From Candidatus Heimdallarchaeota archaeon (lineage in GTDB: Archaea > Asgardarchaeota > Heimdallarchaeia > Hodarchaeales > Hodarchaeaceae), in the NCBI GenBank assembly GCA_011364965.1, contig RDOB01000006.1, positions 116,244 through 180,243 of the forward strand: 64,000 nucleotides of DNA, written 5' to 3'. The translations under genes and the position numbers were made by a program. The notes under the pieces are model-generated. The model searched no databases. It was not told the DNA's origin and saw only the letters and a program-made list of their open reading frames with translations. Shown one piece after another: positions 38,496 to 48,958 of this stretch; positions within the stretch are counted from its first letter, which is position 1, and each line of letters begins with the position of its first letter.

Positions 38496-40682
38496 CTAAG
38501 ATTTTGTATCAAATTCAAAAACTATTCTACGGGATTTCAAATAATTCAATCCTAGCCATCCTAATGCTAACCCAGAAGCAACTAATACAATAATTACTAC
38601 TCCTGACTTAACAGGAGTGTTATATATTTCCGGAAAGCTAAATGTGGTGTTCAATACACCTAGTATATTATCTAAGAAAGAAATTTGCGCAAATCCAGCA
38701 ATTAGTAATGTAACAACTTTAATCAATCTACCTTGGCTCTCTGATACTCTATCTTTATATTTTAGTAGTAAATCATCCGCAGTTCTAATGATTCCTTTTT
38801 GAGATTCTTTCACCATAGCCAATTTCCTTTCAAGAGACTGAATGACTGGTTCAAGGTTGATATTCGCGATAAGTGTATTCATGAAATTCGCATGATCAAA
38901 ATATTTTAGAGTACCTTGGTCTCTTAATAACTGAATAGATTGGAGTGCGAGTAGTTCAAATTCTGTTATTTCGATAGATCTTTTCCGAATCTTATCAATC
39001 ATTTCATTAACTTTTTTCATTTGAACTCGTTCTAATGCATATTTTGCATCCTGTACTCCATGAATTAGATTGGAACGAACCGACTCTGCCATAACGTCAA
39101 AACTGATGATTAAAGTTGCGATATCATTAACTAGTTCCCCGCACGCTAGAATCTGATCTATAATCCAATTTGGGTCATCTGGCATGAAAACTGTTAAGGA
39201 GTGCCGGGATTGAACAATTAAATCAGTACAGTGTCCTCTAATTTCAGCTAGGTTCCTCCATTCCAATAATGGTTTTTGAATCCAGTCGTCTAAAGCACTT
39301 CGTCCTTCGAAAAGAGGAATAACCAATCCTTTGAATTCCTCACTCGCTTTTAAAACAGTATAATCATAAATACGAATTAATTCCCCCGTTACTGGATTTT
39401 TCAGCAAAACGTTCTTTAAAATGCTCCGAGCAAACCAAGTACGTTCGTGTTCGAATGGAACTTTGTCCATCATAAAATCTGGTAGAATCTGGCTGGTTTT
39501 CTTCCATTCATTATGGAATCTAAGCAAAAAATCTTCAATTTCTCGGCAAATTTCATCAAATCGGAAGAATTTTCGTTCTTGCCATTGGATCTCATTTGTT
39601 CCTGCTTGCGGTCCTACAAGTTGTTGAATTGTTCTTAAATCTGAAACTGTTAACGCTTCGCAATCTAGTGTGATGGCAACTGTTGCTACTCCAAAACGTC
39701 TAATATACAAATCAACCGTAAATAACACGTTATTACCTAAGAGATTAATTTGACCTTCACCTAGCATTAGATGGAGCTTATCAGCATACTCAGATCCTAT
39801 TGCAGTTTCTAAGAAATCATCTAGGGTATCAATTCCCGCTGATTGAATGGTTATATTTGAGCTGAACAATTTTTCCGAAATTATGTGACTTTTCTCCCCT
39901 GAAAATGAGTTTATTACATAATTAGAGTAATCTCCGCCAGTGTAAAAAGAGATAGACAGTACGTGACTCGAATTTTCAATTATTATCGCTGGAGTCTTCT
40001 TATCTCGAATTAATTTCAGATAATTGATATTTTGGAGAAAGGCATTCACTTCTGTTATTGTGACATCAGTACCAATTTCCTCAAGTACAGACACATGATT
40101 TTCTAAGCTTTCTACTCGTGAAGGGAATTCAACATCAAATTGGCTTGGATTTGTACGGAGCAGCGTAACCATTTCTCCGTATTCTGCCATTCCCGCTTGA
40201 TAGTGGTAATATTCAACAAGTGTCTCCTTCATAACTGATAATTGAGAATCTTCCTCCAATTCTTCTGGAAAGTTGCTTATTGCTTTTTCTCCTATTTTTG
40301 CTGCTTGAAATGCGATCTCTGACATCTTTTTTGGGTCATTTCCGACTAATGCGTTCTCAACCTCAACTGCTCGGTCATTTATCTTGGAAAGTGCTTCAAA
40401 ACCTTCAACTAGAAATCTTTCTTCTCCCTCTAGTTGTCTTATCAAATCACTAAAAAGTTGGATACTCTTCTCAAACTTTGAGTGAATAGCTCCATAATTA
40501 TAACTTTTCTCCCACTCTTCACTTGCTTCAGCGTATTGGCAAAGCCCTTGAATTACTAGTTGGTATTTATCATCTTTTTCGGATTTTTTTAATTCCTCTT
40601 GGCATAGATGAATCAAATTTTGATATTCATCTTCCATATAAGCGTCAAAAATCTCTTCGGGGATAATAATCATGTGTTTCAC
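38496..40682 (-). CDS. Large protein: helical N-terminus, alpha/beta core, coiled coil and two C-terminal TM helices (CorA-like architecture)
   Basis: 728-aa ORF; TM1 LIKVVTLLIAGFAQISF, TM2 GVVIIVLVASGLALGWLGL; no GMN motif. Confidence 0.55.
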   Translation of the reverse strand: MKHMIIIPEEIFDAYMEDEYQNLIHLCQEELKKSEKDDKYQLVIQGLCQYAEASEEWEKSYNYGAIHSKFEKSIQLFSDLIRQLEGEERFLVEGFEALSKINDRAVEVENALVGNDPKKMSEIAFQAAKIGEKAISNFPEELEEDSQLSVMKETLVEYYHYQAGMAEYGEMVTLLRTNPSQFDVEFPSRVESLENHVSVLEEIGTDVTITEVNAFLQNINYLKLIRDKKTPAIIIENSSHVLSISFYTGGDYSNYVINSFSGEKSHIISEKLFSSNITIQSAGIDTLDDFLETAIGSEYADKLHLMLGEGQINLLGNNVLFTVDLYIRRFGVATVAITLDCEALTVSDLRTIQQLVGPQAGTNEIQWQERKFFRFDEICREIEDFLLRFHNEWKKTSQILPDFMMDKVPFEHERTWFARSILKNVLLKNPVTGELIRIYDYTVLKASEEFKGLVIPLFEGRSALDDWIQKPLLEWRNLAEIRGHCTDLIVQSRHSLTVFMPDDPNWIIDQILACGELVNDIATLIISFDVMAESVRSNLIHGVQDAKYALERVQMKKVNEMIDKIRKRSIEITEFELLALQSIQLLRDQGTLKYFDHANFMNTLIANINLEPVIQSLERKLAMVKESQKGIIRTADDLLLKYKDRVSESQGRLIKVVTLLIAGFAQISFLDNILGVLNTTFSFPEIYNTPVKSGVVIIVLVASGLALGWLGLNYLKSRRIVFEFDTKS

Positions 40683-40876
40683 ATCTTGGATTCTATTGGA
40701 ATGAATATTTGTTAATAGATATAAGCTATTACCAATATTCGGTTTTGTATAGAGATAAATTGAGAACTCAATCCTTGTTTAAAATATAATCCAAATAAAA
40801 TTATTTAATTCAGTGATTCCTAATTCATTTATAGAAGAAATTCAATCCGATTTAAAGAAAGAGGGATGAGAGTTGA

Positions 40877-41368
40877 TCATTTTTTTCTTGTACGTTTTTT
40901 AGCAGATTTAAATGTCAGCTCAAGAAAATTAACTGATTCTTTAAGTTTGAATCCTAATTTTTCCTGAAATAATGTCGAGGATTCTTCGTTCGTCCCTTTA
41001 ACATCCGTAACAACCTTAGGAACTCCCTTTTCTTTATAAGCTGCGAGTAAGTGATTTACCAGCTGAGTAGCAATACCTTTTCGTCGAAATTCTTTACTAA
41101 CAGCTAGCCATTCTAAATACCCCACATCACTTATGTGCTCATATTGAGGATGCCCTAAAGCAAATCCAATTAATCTGCCATTAGTTTCAGCTACATATGC
41201 CAGCTCTATATTTTCTTGGGTTATATGAGCTACCGCCATGAGAGACCAATAGCTATAAACATATGACTTATCTGCTTTTTTTTCATCAATGAAAGCCTGT
41301 TTTCCAAGTTTGTAAACATTTATAATGTCATCAATAGTCATTTGTCTAATTTTGACATCTTGGGTCAT
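40877..41368 (-). CDS. GNAT acetyltransferase
   Basis: LEWLAVSKEFRRKGIATQLV acetyl-CoA-binding motif; N..S..LF..LGF. Confidence 0.92.
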   Translation of the reverse strand: MTQDVKIRQMTIDDIINVYKLGKQAFIDEKKADKSYVYSYWSLMAVAHITQENIELAYVAETNGRLIGFALGHPQYEHISDVGYLEWLAVSKEFRRKGIATQLVNHLLAAYKEKGVPKVVTDVKGTNEESSTLFQEKLGFKLKESVNFLELTFKSAKKRTRKK

Positions 41369-41509
41369 TATTTTCGTCTCCGATTTACTGCAAATAGTTT
41401 TAGTAATAGAGTCTTCTATTCTACCCTACTATATACTTTGAATTTTAAGAGGTTCCTTCGTTCAATTACATACATATTCTCTTTTTAAAAAATGGTTTTT
41501 TGAAAGGTT

Positions 41510-42322
41510 ATGGAAAAACAAAGGCGAAATCTTTCCCCGTCGCTCATGGAACAGATTCTACAAAATTTGATTCCTATTCTAGGAGACAAATTGGTAGCTC
41601 GGTTTCCAAAATCAATGTATATAACTCTATTTTTCATTTATTTTGGACTTACGATTCTTGTTTTCCTTTTATTCCATTTCAATTTCCTTGTATTTGCTTT
41701 ATTATGTTTTACAGTAACAGGTATCCTTTTATGGTCATATAGTTTTTCTACTCTAGTTAAAAAGATTAGGGAAACTCGTTATCCATTTTTTGATTCTGAA
41801 GCAGTTAATATCCACTGCAATTTCTATGAATTGTTGGTTAAGAACCATTCTCTTGTATTTTCAACAGTATTTTGTCTATTAGGAATATCTTATTTTGTAG
41901 CTTTTGATCTTGTTTCTACGAGTCAAGTTATATTTAATGTCACAAATCAAATTCCTATTCTACAGATTATTTTCTACTTCTATGTCTTTCTTTTGACATT
42001 TGATGTTTCATTTCGTGTTATCACTACGTTGAATGGAGTATTAGCTACTTTCTATCGTAATTTCCTTTATCAACAACACTTGAAAAAAGAAGTAAAAAAT
42101 ACTAAATCTATATTACCTTATATTGAGTTATCAACAAAATTTGATAAAGGCATTTATGCCTTATTTATCTATTTGATATTCTGGTTTCCCATTGCTTTTA
42201 TCTTAGAGGATCTATTATTAATATTACTATTTATTATTGGATTATTTTTTGGTTATTTCGTGTTTCTGATGAATCAAGCTTATGTTAGACGACTTAAAAT
42301 AAAAGCTAAAAAGGAATTCTAG
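41510..42322 (+). CDS. Hypothetical membrane protein (about 6 TM)
   Basis: Hydrophobic hairpins throughout 270 aa. Confidence 0.65.
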   Translation: MEKQRRNLSPSLMEQILQNLIPILGDKLVARFPKSMYITLFFIYFGLTILVFLLFHFNFLVFALLCFTVTGILLWSYSFSTLVKKIRETRYPFFDSEAVNIHCNFYELLVKNHSLVFSTVFCLLGISYFVAFDLVSTSQVIFNVTNQIPILQIIFYFYVFLLTFDVSFRVITTLNGVLATFYRNFLYQQHLKKEVKNTKSILPYIELSTKFDKGIYALFIYLIFWFPIAFILEDLLLILLFIIGLFFGYFVFLMNQAYVRRLKIKAKKEF

Positions 42323-42406
42323 AACAGCTGGACTACTGGCGTTCTTCAGTAAGAGATTATCATCTTAGCATTTATGAAGAAAATTGGAAAAATACTGAAT
42401 TTAATT

Positions 42407-44335
42407 TTAATTTCGTGGTTTATTTTTTGTCAATAAGAGAATTAACTTTTCAAGATATCTAACAGAATCTTCCAAACCCCCAATTCGATTTCTTTTAATC
42501 CAGAGTACTTTATGATCAGCAATAAGCATATTTAAACGATTTATTAGTGGATTTTTTATGATATCAGGTAAACTGACAAGCGGTCGGTTAATTCCGCATT
42601 CTATCCTGTTCATCCCTAGATCACAACTAATTTGAACGATTTTACAAACCCAGATTAGTTCCTGAACAGCTAAAACTTCCTTGATTGAATTATTTGTTTC
42701 AAGAATCTGAAGATATTCACTAATTTTATTATTAATTGCTTCTAGATTTTCTATTGTTGTATTTTGGAGAATCATTTCCGAATCTACTCTATTCGGAAAA
42801 AGCAATGTTAAGAATAATCCCGAAGAATTCGGGAAATCAACTCCAAGTAAATCAGGTAGTGTACCAATATCAAACAAGAGAGAACCAACTGAGAAGCTTA
42901 ATTGATTTTTAAAAATGTATTTGTCCAATAATTGCGAAACATACTCTCTTTTTCTGAAATTATCCTGTGAGGTCTCACTTGAATTCCACGAAAGGCCCGA
43001 ACCTACCAAAAATCCAATATAGCTTATCGGAAGAGGTTGTAAATGCCCATGGTCTCCCCAATCTGTGATCAGGTATCCTAGGGCATCCTCTGCTTTCCCC
43101 CATATCGCAGCTTTTATTAAATTCTCAATTGCATTATATGTTCTCCCTGTAAAGCTGTTCCAGCTGCTTGTTCCTGGACAAACATAAAATGAAAAACCCA
43201 ATTGATGAAGCTTTTTCGTTTGCTGTTCATAAGGGTGATCTTTTTCATATCCCCATAGAAGAGGAATAGTAGTTTTTGGAATTAAAGGGATAATTTCCTC
43301 ATCTTGAAATATCATATCAGCCCAAAATTGGATTGTTTTACCAAATTTAGCTACTAAATCGCACACCTTTAATAAAAACTCCAAGTAAACATAGGATTTG
43401 CTCTTTTTCTGGCAGATCTCTGCAGATTTTCCCTCTCCAAGGTCGAAAGTTTCATCTAATCCAACATTGAACATCGTACTTGTGAAATTTGGTAATAATT
43501 GGGAATATAAGTCCTCGAGCAATGAAACTACTCGTTTATCAGTGGGGTTTAAACTAAAAGGTTCTTTATTGAGACTAAAAGGATGCTTATAGCCATCTGG
43601 ACATTCTGCAAGATCTCGATATTCATCATGAATCAACCAACGGTGAAAATGACCAAAGCTATTTTGATTGGGTACCAGTTCAATGTAATGCTCTTTACAA
43701 AATTTATCAAGTGTTTTAATTTCATCTGCGGTAAATGGGGAAGCATTTTTCCATACAATTTCATGTTTTTCATACGCAAATGTATGCTCAAAATACAATT
43801 GCAATTGATTAATTTTCCAAGAAGACAATAACTCAATGAGAGAGTATAATGTATCCATCGTTGGTACCTTGTCTCTTGAGACATCTAACATAATTCCTCG
43901 CGCTGGAAAATCAGGAAAATCATTTATTACTAATTCTGGTAATAAAAAATCGGATGAATTGTTTATAGCTGATCCAAATATTTGAATGAGTGTGGATATA
44001 CCATAGTATCCTCCAGCATCATCGTTAAATATAATTTTAATTACTTTTTCTTCAATAATTAATTTATATCCATTATAATGAGGAATAAGTTCTTTTTGTC
44101 TTATTAAAAAAACTTCAATGAGTCTTTCATGCTTTTCCTCAGATTTCGTTTGTAAAAGTTCCAGAACATTTAATTCTTGGCTTAAAATCTGCTCTAAATG
44201 TCGATTAATACTATTAATATGTATTTGAGTTGTAGATTTTTTCATTTTCAAAAATTTATTGAATAAAATTACTTCTTTTGGGAGTGGATGTAGATTAGCA
44301 AGTAATTCAGTCAACAAAGATGCCATTCTAAACAT
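42407..44335 (-). CDS. Beta-N-acetylhexosaminidase (GH20)
   Basis: DFPDFPARGIMLDVSRDKVP, PNQNSFGH, catalytic NVGLDE, ITDWGDHGH. Confidence 0.92.
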   Translation of the reverse strand: MFRMASLLTELLANLHPLPKEVILFNKFLKMKKSTTQIHINSINRHLEQILSQELNVLELLQTKSEEKHERLIEVFLIRQKELIPHYNGYKLIIEEKVIKIIFNDDAGGYYGISTLIQIFGSAINNSSDFLLPELVINDFPDFPARGIMLDVSRDKVPTMDTLYSLIELLSSWKINQLQLYFEHTFAYEKHEIVWKNASPFTADEIKTLDKFCKEHYIELVPNQNSFGHFHRWLIHDEYRDLAECPDGYKHPFSLNKEPFSLNPTDKRVVSLLEDLYSQLLPNFTSTMFNVGLDETFDLGEGKSAEICQKKSKSYVYLEFLLKVCDLVAKFGKTIQFWADMIFQDEEIIPLIPKTTIPLLWGYEKDHPYEQQTKKLHQLGFSFYVCPGTSSWNSFTGRTYNAIENLIKAAIWGKAEDALGYLITDWGDHGHLQPLPISYIGFLVGSGLSWNSSETSQDNFRKREYVSQLLDKYIFKNQLSFSVGSLLFDIGTLPDLLGVDFPNSSGLFLTLLFPNRVDSEMILQNTTIENLEAINNKISEYLQILETNNSIKEVLAVQELIWVCKIVQISCDLGMNRIECGINRPLVSLPDIIKNPLINRLNMLIADHKVLWIKRNRIGGLEDSVRYLEKLILLLTKNKPRN

Positions 44336-44469
44336 ATTATATACTTATTAAACGATATAAAAAATTATTTTTCATATTGAGTTTCGAAAGACTGGGAGCA
44401 AGAATCTTATTCTCTAAACTAGTATTGATAATAGTAATGAATTAGAAAGCTTTTTGGAAACAGGCTGAA

Positions 44470-45549
44470 ATGAAAAATCTAGTCTTTTTAATAGTAATCT
44501 TATTCAATTTAGGAATGCAATTTTCTTCTATGGAAACCAATCCTGAAGTAAAAGTAAGTGAGATTGCTCTGGAATGGCATTTTATTGCAATGGGAGACAG
44601 TAGAAACTGGGAAGTGCTAACAGTCAATCCTCTCCGTGCATCTATTATGAATGAAGTGGTGGAAGCAAATCCCAACTTAGAGTTTATTCTGCATTCTGGT
44701 GATCTTGTCAATCAAGGCGGAGATCAAAGAGAATGGGATTTATGGTTTGAAGATATTGAAAATGCTACCTTGAACAACGTGACGATTTATAGTGCGATTG
44801 GAAACCACGAAATTTATGCTGTTGATGGCCCTGACGACCAAGATTTTTCCACCTACATGGAAAATGTTAATTTACCAGGGAATGAGCGATTTTACAGTTT
44901 TAATTACAACAAAATCCACTTCATTATACTAAATACCGAAGAAAACTGGAATGGACAATTTGAAATGACTACTGAACAGCGAGAGTGGTTGATTACAGAT
45001 CTAGAAAATAATCGTTTAGATTTCATCGTGGGATTATATCACCGCCCTTGCTTTTCAGTCCGTAGTGTAGCAAGACAGAATGATGCCAAGGAAATTCGTG
45101 AAGTGTTACAACCGATCTTCATTGATTATGGTGTTGATTTAGTCTTTGCAGGTCATGATCATCAATATTATCGTACATTTCGAGATGGTGTGATGCATGT
45201 GACTACTGGTGGCGCAGGTGCCCCTTTATATCCAAAAGACACTAATTCTGAGTGGCAGGAAGGTGATGTGTTCTTTTCTAATTATCATTACATTAACGTT
45301 TCTGTTACAGAATACATGAATGAATCTGTTTCACTTCAATTAGACATGTATATATACTACGAAGAAAATCAATCGATTTCTTTGGGTGATAGCTTCCAAT
45401 TACCAATGAACTATGTTCCCTCCACAACCACAACAACTATAACGAGCACAACTAGCACAATGACCACATCCGTTATCACAATATTTCCCGTACTTACTAT
45501 AGTTGCTGGATTAACAATAATATCCATTATTAAGAAGATGGAACGTTAA
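44470..45549 (+). CDS. Secreted metallophosphoesterase (purple acid phosphatase-like) with Thr-rich linker and TM anchor
   Basis: GDSR, HSGDLV, IGNHE, YHRP, FAGHDH motifs. Confidence 0.92.
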   Translation: MKNLVFLIVILFNLGMQFSSMETNPEVKVSEIALEWHFIAMGDSRNWEVLTVNPLRASIMNEVVEANPNLEFILHSGDLVNQGGDQREWDLWFEDIENATLNNVTIYSAIGNHEIYAVDGPDDQDFSTYMENVNLPGNERFYSFNYNKIHFIILNTEENWNGQFEMTTEQREWLITDLENNRLDFIVGLYHRPCFSVRSVARQNDAKEIREVLQPIFIDYGVDLVFAGHDHQYYRTFRDGVMHVTTGGAGAPLYPKDTNSEWQEGDVFFSNYHYINVSVTEYMNESVSLQLDMYIYYEENQSISLGDSFQLPMNYVPSTTTTTITSTTSTMTTSVITIFPVLTIVAGLTIISIIKKMER

Positions 45550-45713
45550 ATCCCAAATATTATTATTTTTCAAACAACATGGGAATAAAAAATTCATGTA
45601 AATTACAAATATGTAAGGCCAAATTCGGTCAGATATCTAGGATAGTATTGGATAACGATCTAAATTCACCATAATCTCAAATTTTTCTCTTAAAGACAAT
45701 CAATACCAAAGTA

Positions 45714-46103
45714 TTACAATTTTCCGAATAATTTTAGAATAAATAACTCAAGCGACTTGTTAAGATTCTCATCACATACGAATTCATCAAAATGGGGACA
45801 ATAATCATCTGAAACTACCTTATGAGAATCTAAATCCCAGATACACGGATAAAATTGACACCCTTCTGGTCTGAAATCATATATACTGCATAAACCATCA
45901 CGTTGAAGGAAAAAACAAATTTTTTCTCCATTAAAAGTCTTGTTTCGGAGCATCCAATGTCCTTCCTCTGTTTGGTACACAAACTTTACTGGTGATATTC
46001 CAAGCTTTGTTTGAATTCGTTTTATATCAGATTTAATAAGTAACATTTCTGTTTCGATACAGCAATGGTGACAATTATGTATTCTACAAGGAATGGAATG
46101 CAA
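45714..46103 (-). CDS. YkgJ/UPF0153 cysteine-cluster protein
   Basis: CRIHNCHHCC, CFFL..GLCSIYDFRPEGCQFYP. Confidence 0.9.
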   Translation of the reverse strand: MHSIPCRIHNCHHCCIETEMLLIKSDIKRIQTKLGISPVKFVYQTEEGHWMLRNKTFNGEKICFFLQRDGLCSIYDFRPEGCQFYPCIWDLDSHKVVSDDYCPHFDEFVCDENLNKSLELFILKLFGKL

Positions 46104-46151
46104 AGTTCAACCTCAAAATATTGATTATACTAAAGGATCTAGTACTAGTAT

Positions 46152-46931
46152 TCAAAAAAAGCTTATGGTTTCTTGTGGTTGAGTGCTTTTTACCATAAAT
46201 TCATCAACTACTATATCCAAATTCCTAAGATTGTTAAACAGTAACTCAAAGATTTGACCTATTCTCTGCCTCAATGCCCTTTGAGCTCTCTCATCATCTG
46301 GGAGATGAATAAGTTGGGTTAAATTTTGTTTTATTTGCTCTAATTTGGTAATGGTTATTTCACGTTCAAGTTTTTGAATCGCGCGTATTAATTTTTCTCT
46401 ATATTGTAAAATTGAGGGAAAATATAGACAGATCTCACTCCCATTGGTAGATGACGTAAAACATTCTTCAAAATCGATAGCATAGAAATCACCTTCTGCT
46501 TTGATTAGATAATTTCCACCATGACGATCTTTTGCACCAATCCAAGCTAAAAAGACTATTAACTTGTAAAGGTCAGTTTCTCGAATTTTAGGTTCAGATA
46601 GATCAAAATGTGAGAGTTCTGTGGCATCTGCAATCCATTCTTGAATCAGTCCAAACGAGTGACCAGTAAAACCGATATAAGACCGTGGAACTTTAATTCC
46701 GAAAGCATTAGCTAGATAAGAGACCACATATTCATTAACAAGGCTATTAAATCTAAGTTTTTTCCAGATATAAATCTGGTTATCAGTATCTTTAAACAGA
46801 TTCGCTTGAGATTTGAAATTACTTCCCCTAATAGATTTATTAAATATAGATTGAAGTTCAAACCTGGAAGTCTCTTCCAGATTGGGAGAAAGAACTATCT
46901 TTGGGAGAGCAGGAACTTCCATCATGATCAC
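46152..46931 (-). CDS. HipA-like / PI3-PI4-kinase-superfamily kinase
   Basis: WKK..LVNEYVVSYLA..GIKVP, GLIQEWI, catalytic DRHGGNYL, metal-binding AIDFE. Confidence 0.8.
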   Translation of the reverse strand: MIMMEVPALPKIVLSPNLEETSRFELQSIFNKSIRGSNFKSQANLFKDTDNQIYIWKKLRFNSLVNEYVVSYLANAFGIKVPRSYIGFTGHSFGLIQEWIADATELSHFDLSEPKIRETDLYKLIVFLAWIGAKDRHGGNYLIKAEGDFYAIDFEECFTSSTNGSEICLYFPSILQYREKLIRAIQKLEREITITKLEQIKQNLTQLIHLPDDERAQRALRQRIGQIFELLFNNLRNLDIVVDEFMVKSTQPQETISFF

Positions 46932-47127
46932 CAGAGTAAAGGATTCCTTTCAGATTCGTACCGATCCCTTCCTTCATCTGAAAGTAGGAAAAAGATTGGT
47001 TAGGGTCATCTGTTGCAATAAATTCCTTTTATGGTCAATTTCTGGATGATAAGAAATGGGTTTTTGAATTTTTAGATTTAACTAGTTAATTCATCCGCTA
47101 AAACGGAAATTTTCAACAGAAATTTTT

Positions 47128-48039
47128 TCAATCTCTCTTTAATTCAAAAAGCAATTGATTGGTATGAATTCTAGCGCCAATCTCCTTCAAGAACTGTCTT
47201 CGTGATTCATTCCCACTTGGTGATACGATAAATAACTGGTCTTGCCAGTTTTCTTCGAAGAAGTGCTGACTTATGACTTTTATAAGGTAGTTCCAAGCGT
47301 TATCGTGAGCTGGTCTTTGAGCAGAAAATCTCAATAATACTCCTTCCGCTGAAAATCCCTCTAATGGTGCTCCAGCACACACTAACAATTCCTTTCTAAA
47401 TATCATGAAGGTGTGGCCATCTGGAATTACTCTTTCTGAAAAATATTTTTCAATCGCTTGCTCATGAGGAAAAAACTTATTAACAACAGGATCTGATTTA
47501 ATAAGGTCAACAAGGAGAGGTATATCGTTTTCTATAGCCATTTTGCTTTGATATATAGATTTCACATCAGAAGGTACTTTTTTCACATCAATCGCAAATT
47601 GTGGGTTTTCATCCACAATTTCGAATCCTTTTTTCTTTGCAAAAGCTATGGGTTCCTTCCAGGTAGACATCCAGTACCCCATAACTAACTGACTATCAGG
47701 GTCTCGTTTTTGTATGTAATTGAAAACTTCTTCAAATAATTGTTCTTTAACTGCCTGAGGGCACATTTTTGTTCCCCAAGGATAACCTATATAAGTTCTT
47801 TTCTCTCCATCCACACTTTCAGTTACACGGGTCTGAATATACGCAAGAGGAGTTCCCTCGTCGTTGAAAACATATCGAATTCCTTTCGGATCAGGATTTT
47901 CACCCTGATACCGTTGTTTAATTTGTTCAGGAGTAATGTTCACTTGAGTGCCCATTAATTTTGTCGCTTCGTTGTAGATCGATGCCTGTATTTCTTCATA
48001 TCCCTTTTCAGGTTCATAGTGCTTGACTATAATCTGCAA
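47128..48039 (-). CDS. Hypothetical tandem-GNAT-like protein, paralogue of 13396-14319
   Basis: Blocks shared with 13396-14319; start moved to TTG 48039 (after GAGGA) to match the paralogue N-terminus. Confidence 0.65.
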   Translation of the reverse strand: MQIIVKHYEPEKGYEEIQASIYNEATKLMGTQVNITPEQIKQRYQGENPDPKGIRYVFNDEGTPLAYIQTRVTESVDGEKRTYIGYPWGTKMCPQAVKEQLFEEVFNYIQKRDPDSQLVMGYWMSTWKEPIAFAKKKGFEIVDENPQFAIDVKKVPSDVKSIYQSKMAIENDIPLLVDLIKSDPVVNKFFPHEQAIEKYFSERVIPDGHTFMIFRKELLVCAGAPLEGFSAEGVLLRFSAQRPAHDNAWNYLIKVISQHFFEENWQDQLFIVSPSGNESRRQFLKEIGARIHTNQLLFELKRD

Positions 48040-48189
48040 TTTTCCATCCTCATATAATTTGATTCGTTTAGAAGTACAATTGTATGTGGAGTTCAAATTT
48101 ATATGAACATAAATAATAAGGGTAAAAAAAAGCATTTTACCTATGAATGTTAAATTTTATAATTGTCTATTTAATGTGGTGCATTCCAT

Positions 48190-48942
48190 ATGACGTTACA
48201 GATAGAGAATCTGACTAAAGATTATGTAATGGGTGAATTAGTGGTCTCTGCTTTGAATGGAGTATCTATTGATATAAAGCAAGGTCAATTCATTGTCATT
48301 CTCGGACCTTCTGGTTCTGGTAAGACGACTTTACTCAATGTTATTGGGGGGATCGATCGTCCAACAGCTGGAAAGATTTTTTTTGATAGAAATGGTAAAA
48401 AAATTGATCTAACAGCGCTTAATGAAAAAAAATTAACTGCTTATCGAAGGCTTAATGTGGGATTTATATTCCAGTTTTACAATCTTGTTGCCTCACTTAC
48501 AGCTTTTGAAAATGTGGAACTCGCCGCTAAGCTCACAAATCCTGCTGCAGAGGCACGTTATCTAACAAGTGAATTATTAGAAGAAGTTGGATTAGGTGAT
48601 AAAAGTAATAAATTCCCTGCTCAGCTGAGCGGAGGTGAACAACAACGAGTTGCTATTGCTCGAGCATTAGCCAAAAAACCTAGGATTCTATTAGCTGATG
48701 AACCCACTGGGAATATTGATAGTGAAACAACGGGAAAAGTCCTCAAACTCCTCCAAAAAGTTAATGAGAATCATAAAGTTACCATACTTCTTGTAACTCA
48801 CAATGTAGGTATTTCTACCCTTGCTGATACCGTTGTTTACCTACGAGATGGAAAAATCTTTGGTACTTCCCAATATGATCCCGCTAAAGAAAAAGAATTT
48901 TGGGAGCAATTAACAGTTACTCCTCCAATTGATATAACATGA
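48190..48942 (+). CDS. ABC ATPase (MacB/LolD family)
   Basis: [35 protein letters not shown]. Confidence 0.95.
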   Translation: MTLQIENLTKDYVMGELVVSALNGVSIDIKQGQFIVILGPSGSGKTTLLNVIGGIDRPTAGKIFFDRNGKKIDLTALNEKKLTAYRRLNVGFIFQFYNLVASLTAFENVELAAKLTNPAAEARYLTSELLEEVGLGDKSNKFPAQLSGGEQQRVAIARALAKKPRILLADEPTGNIDSETTGKVLKLLQKVNENHKVTILLVTHNVGISTLADTVVYLRDGKIFGTSQYDPAKEKEFWEQLTVTPPIDIT

Positions 48943-48958
48943 TTTTGAGAGTGATTAT

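Noticed and set aside
46944-46990. Eukaryote-like SECIS element (AUGA...GA)
   Set aside because: Only 16 nt lie between the GA pairs, too short for the upper stem, and no adjacent gene has an in-frame UGA.
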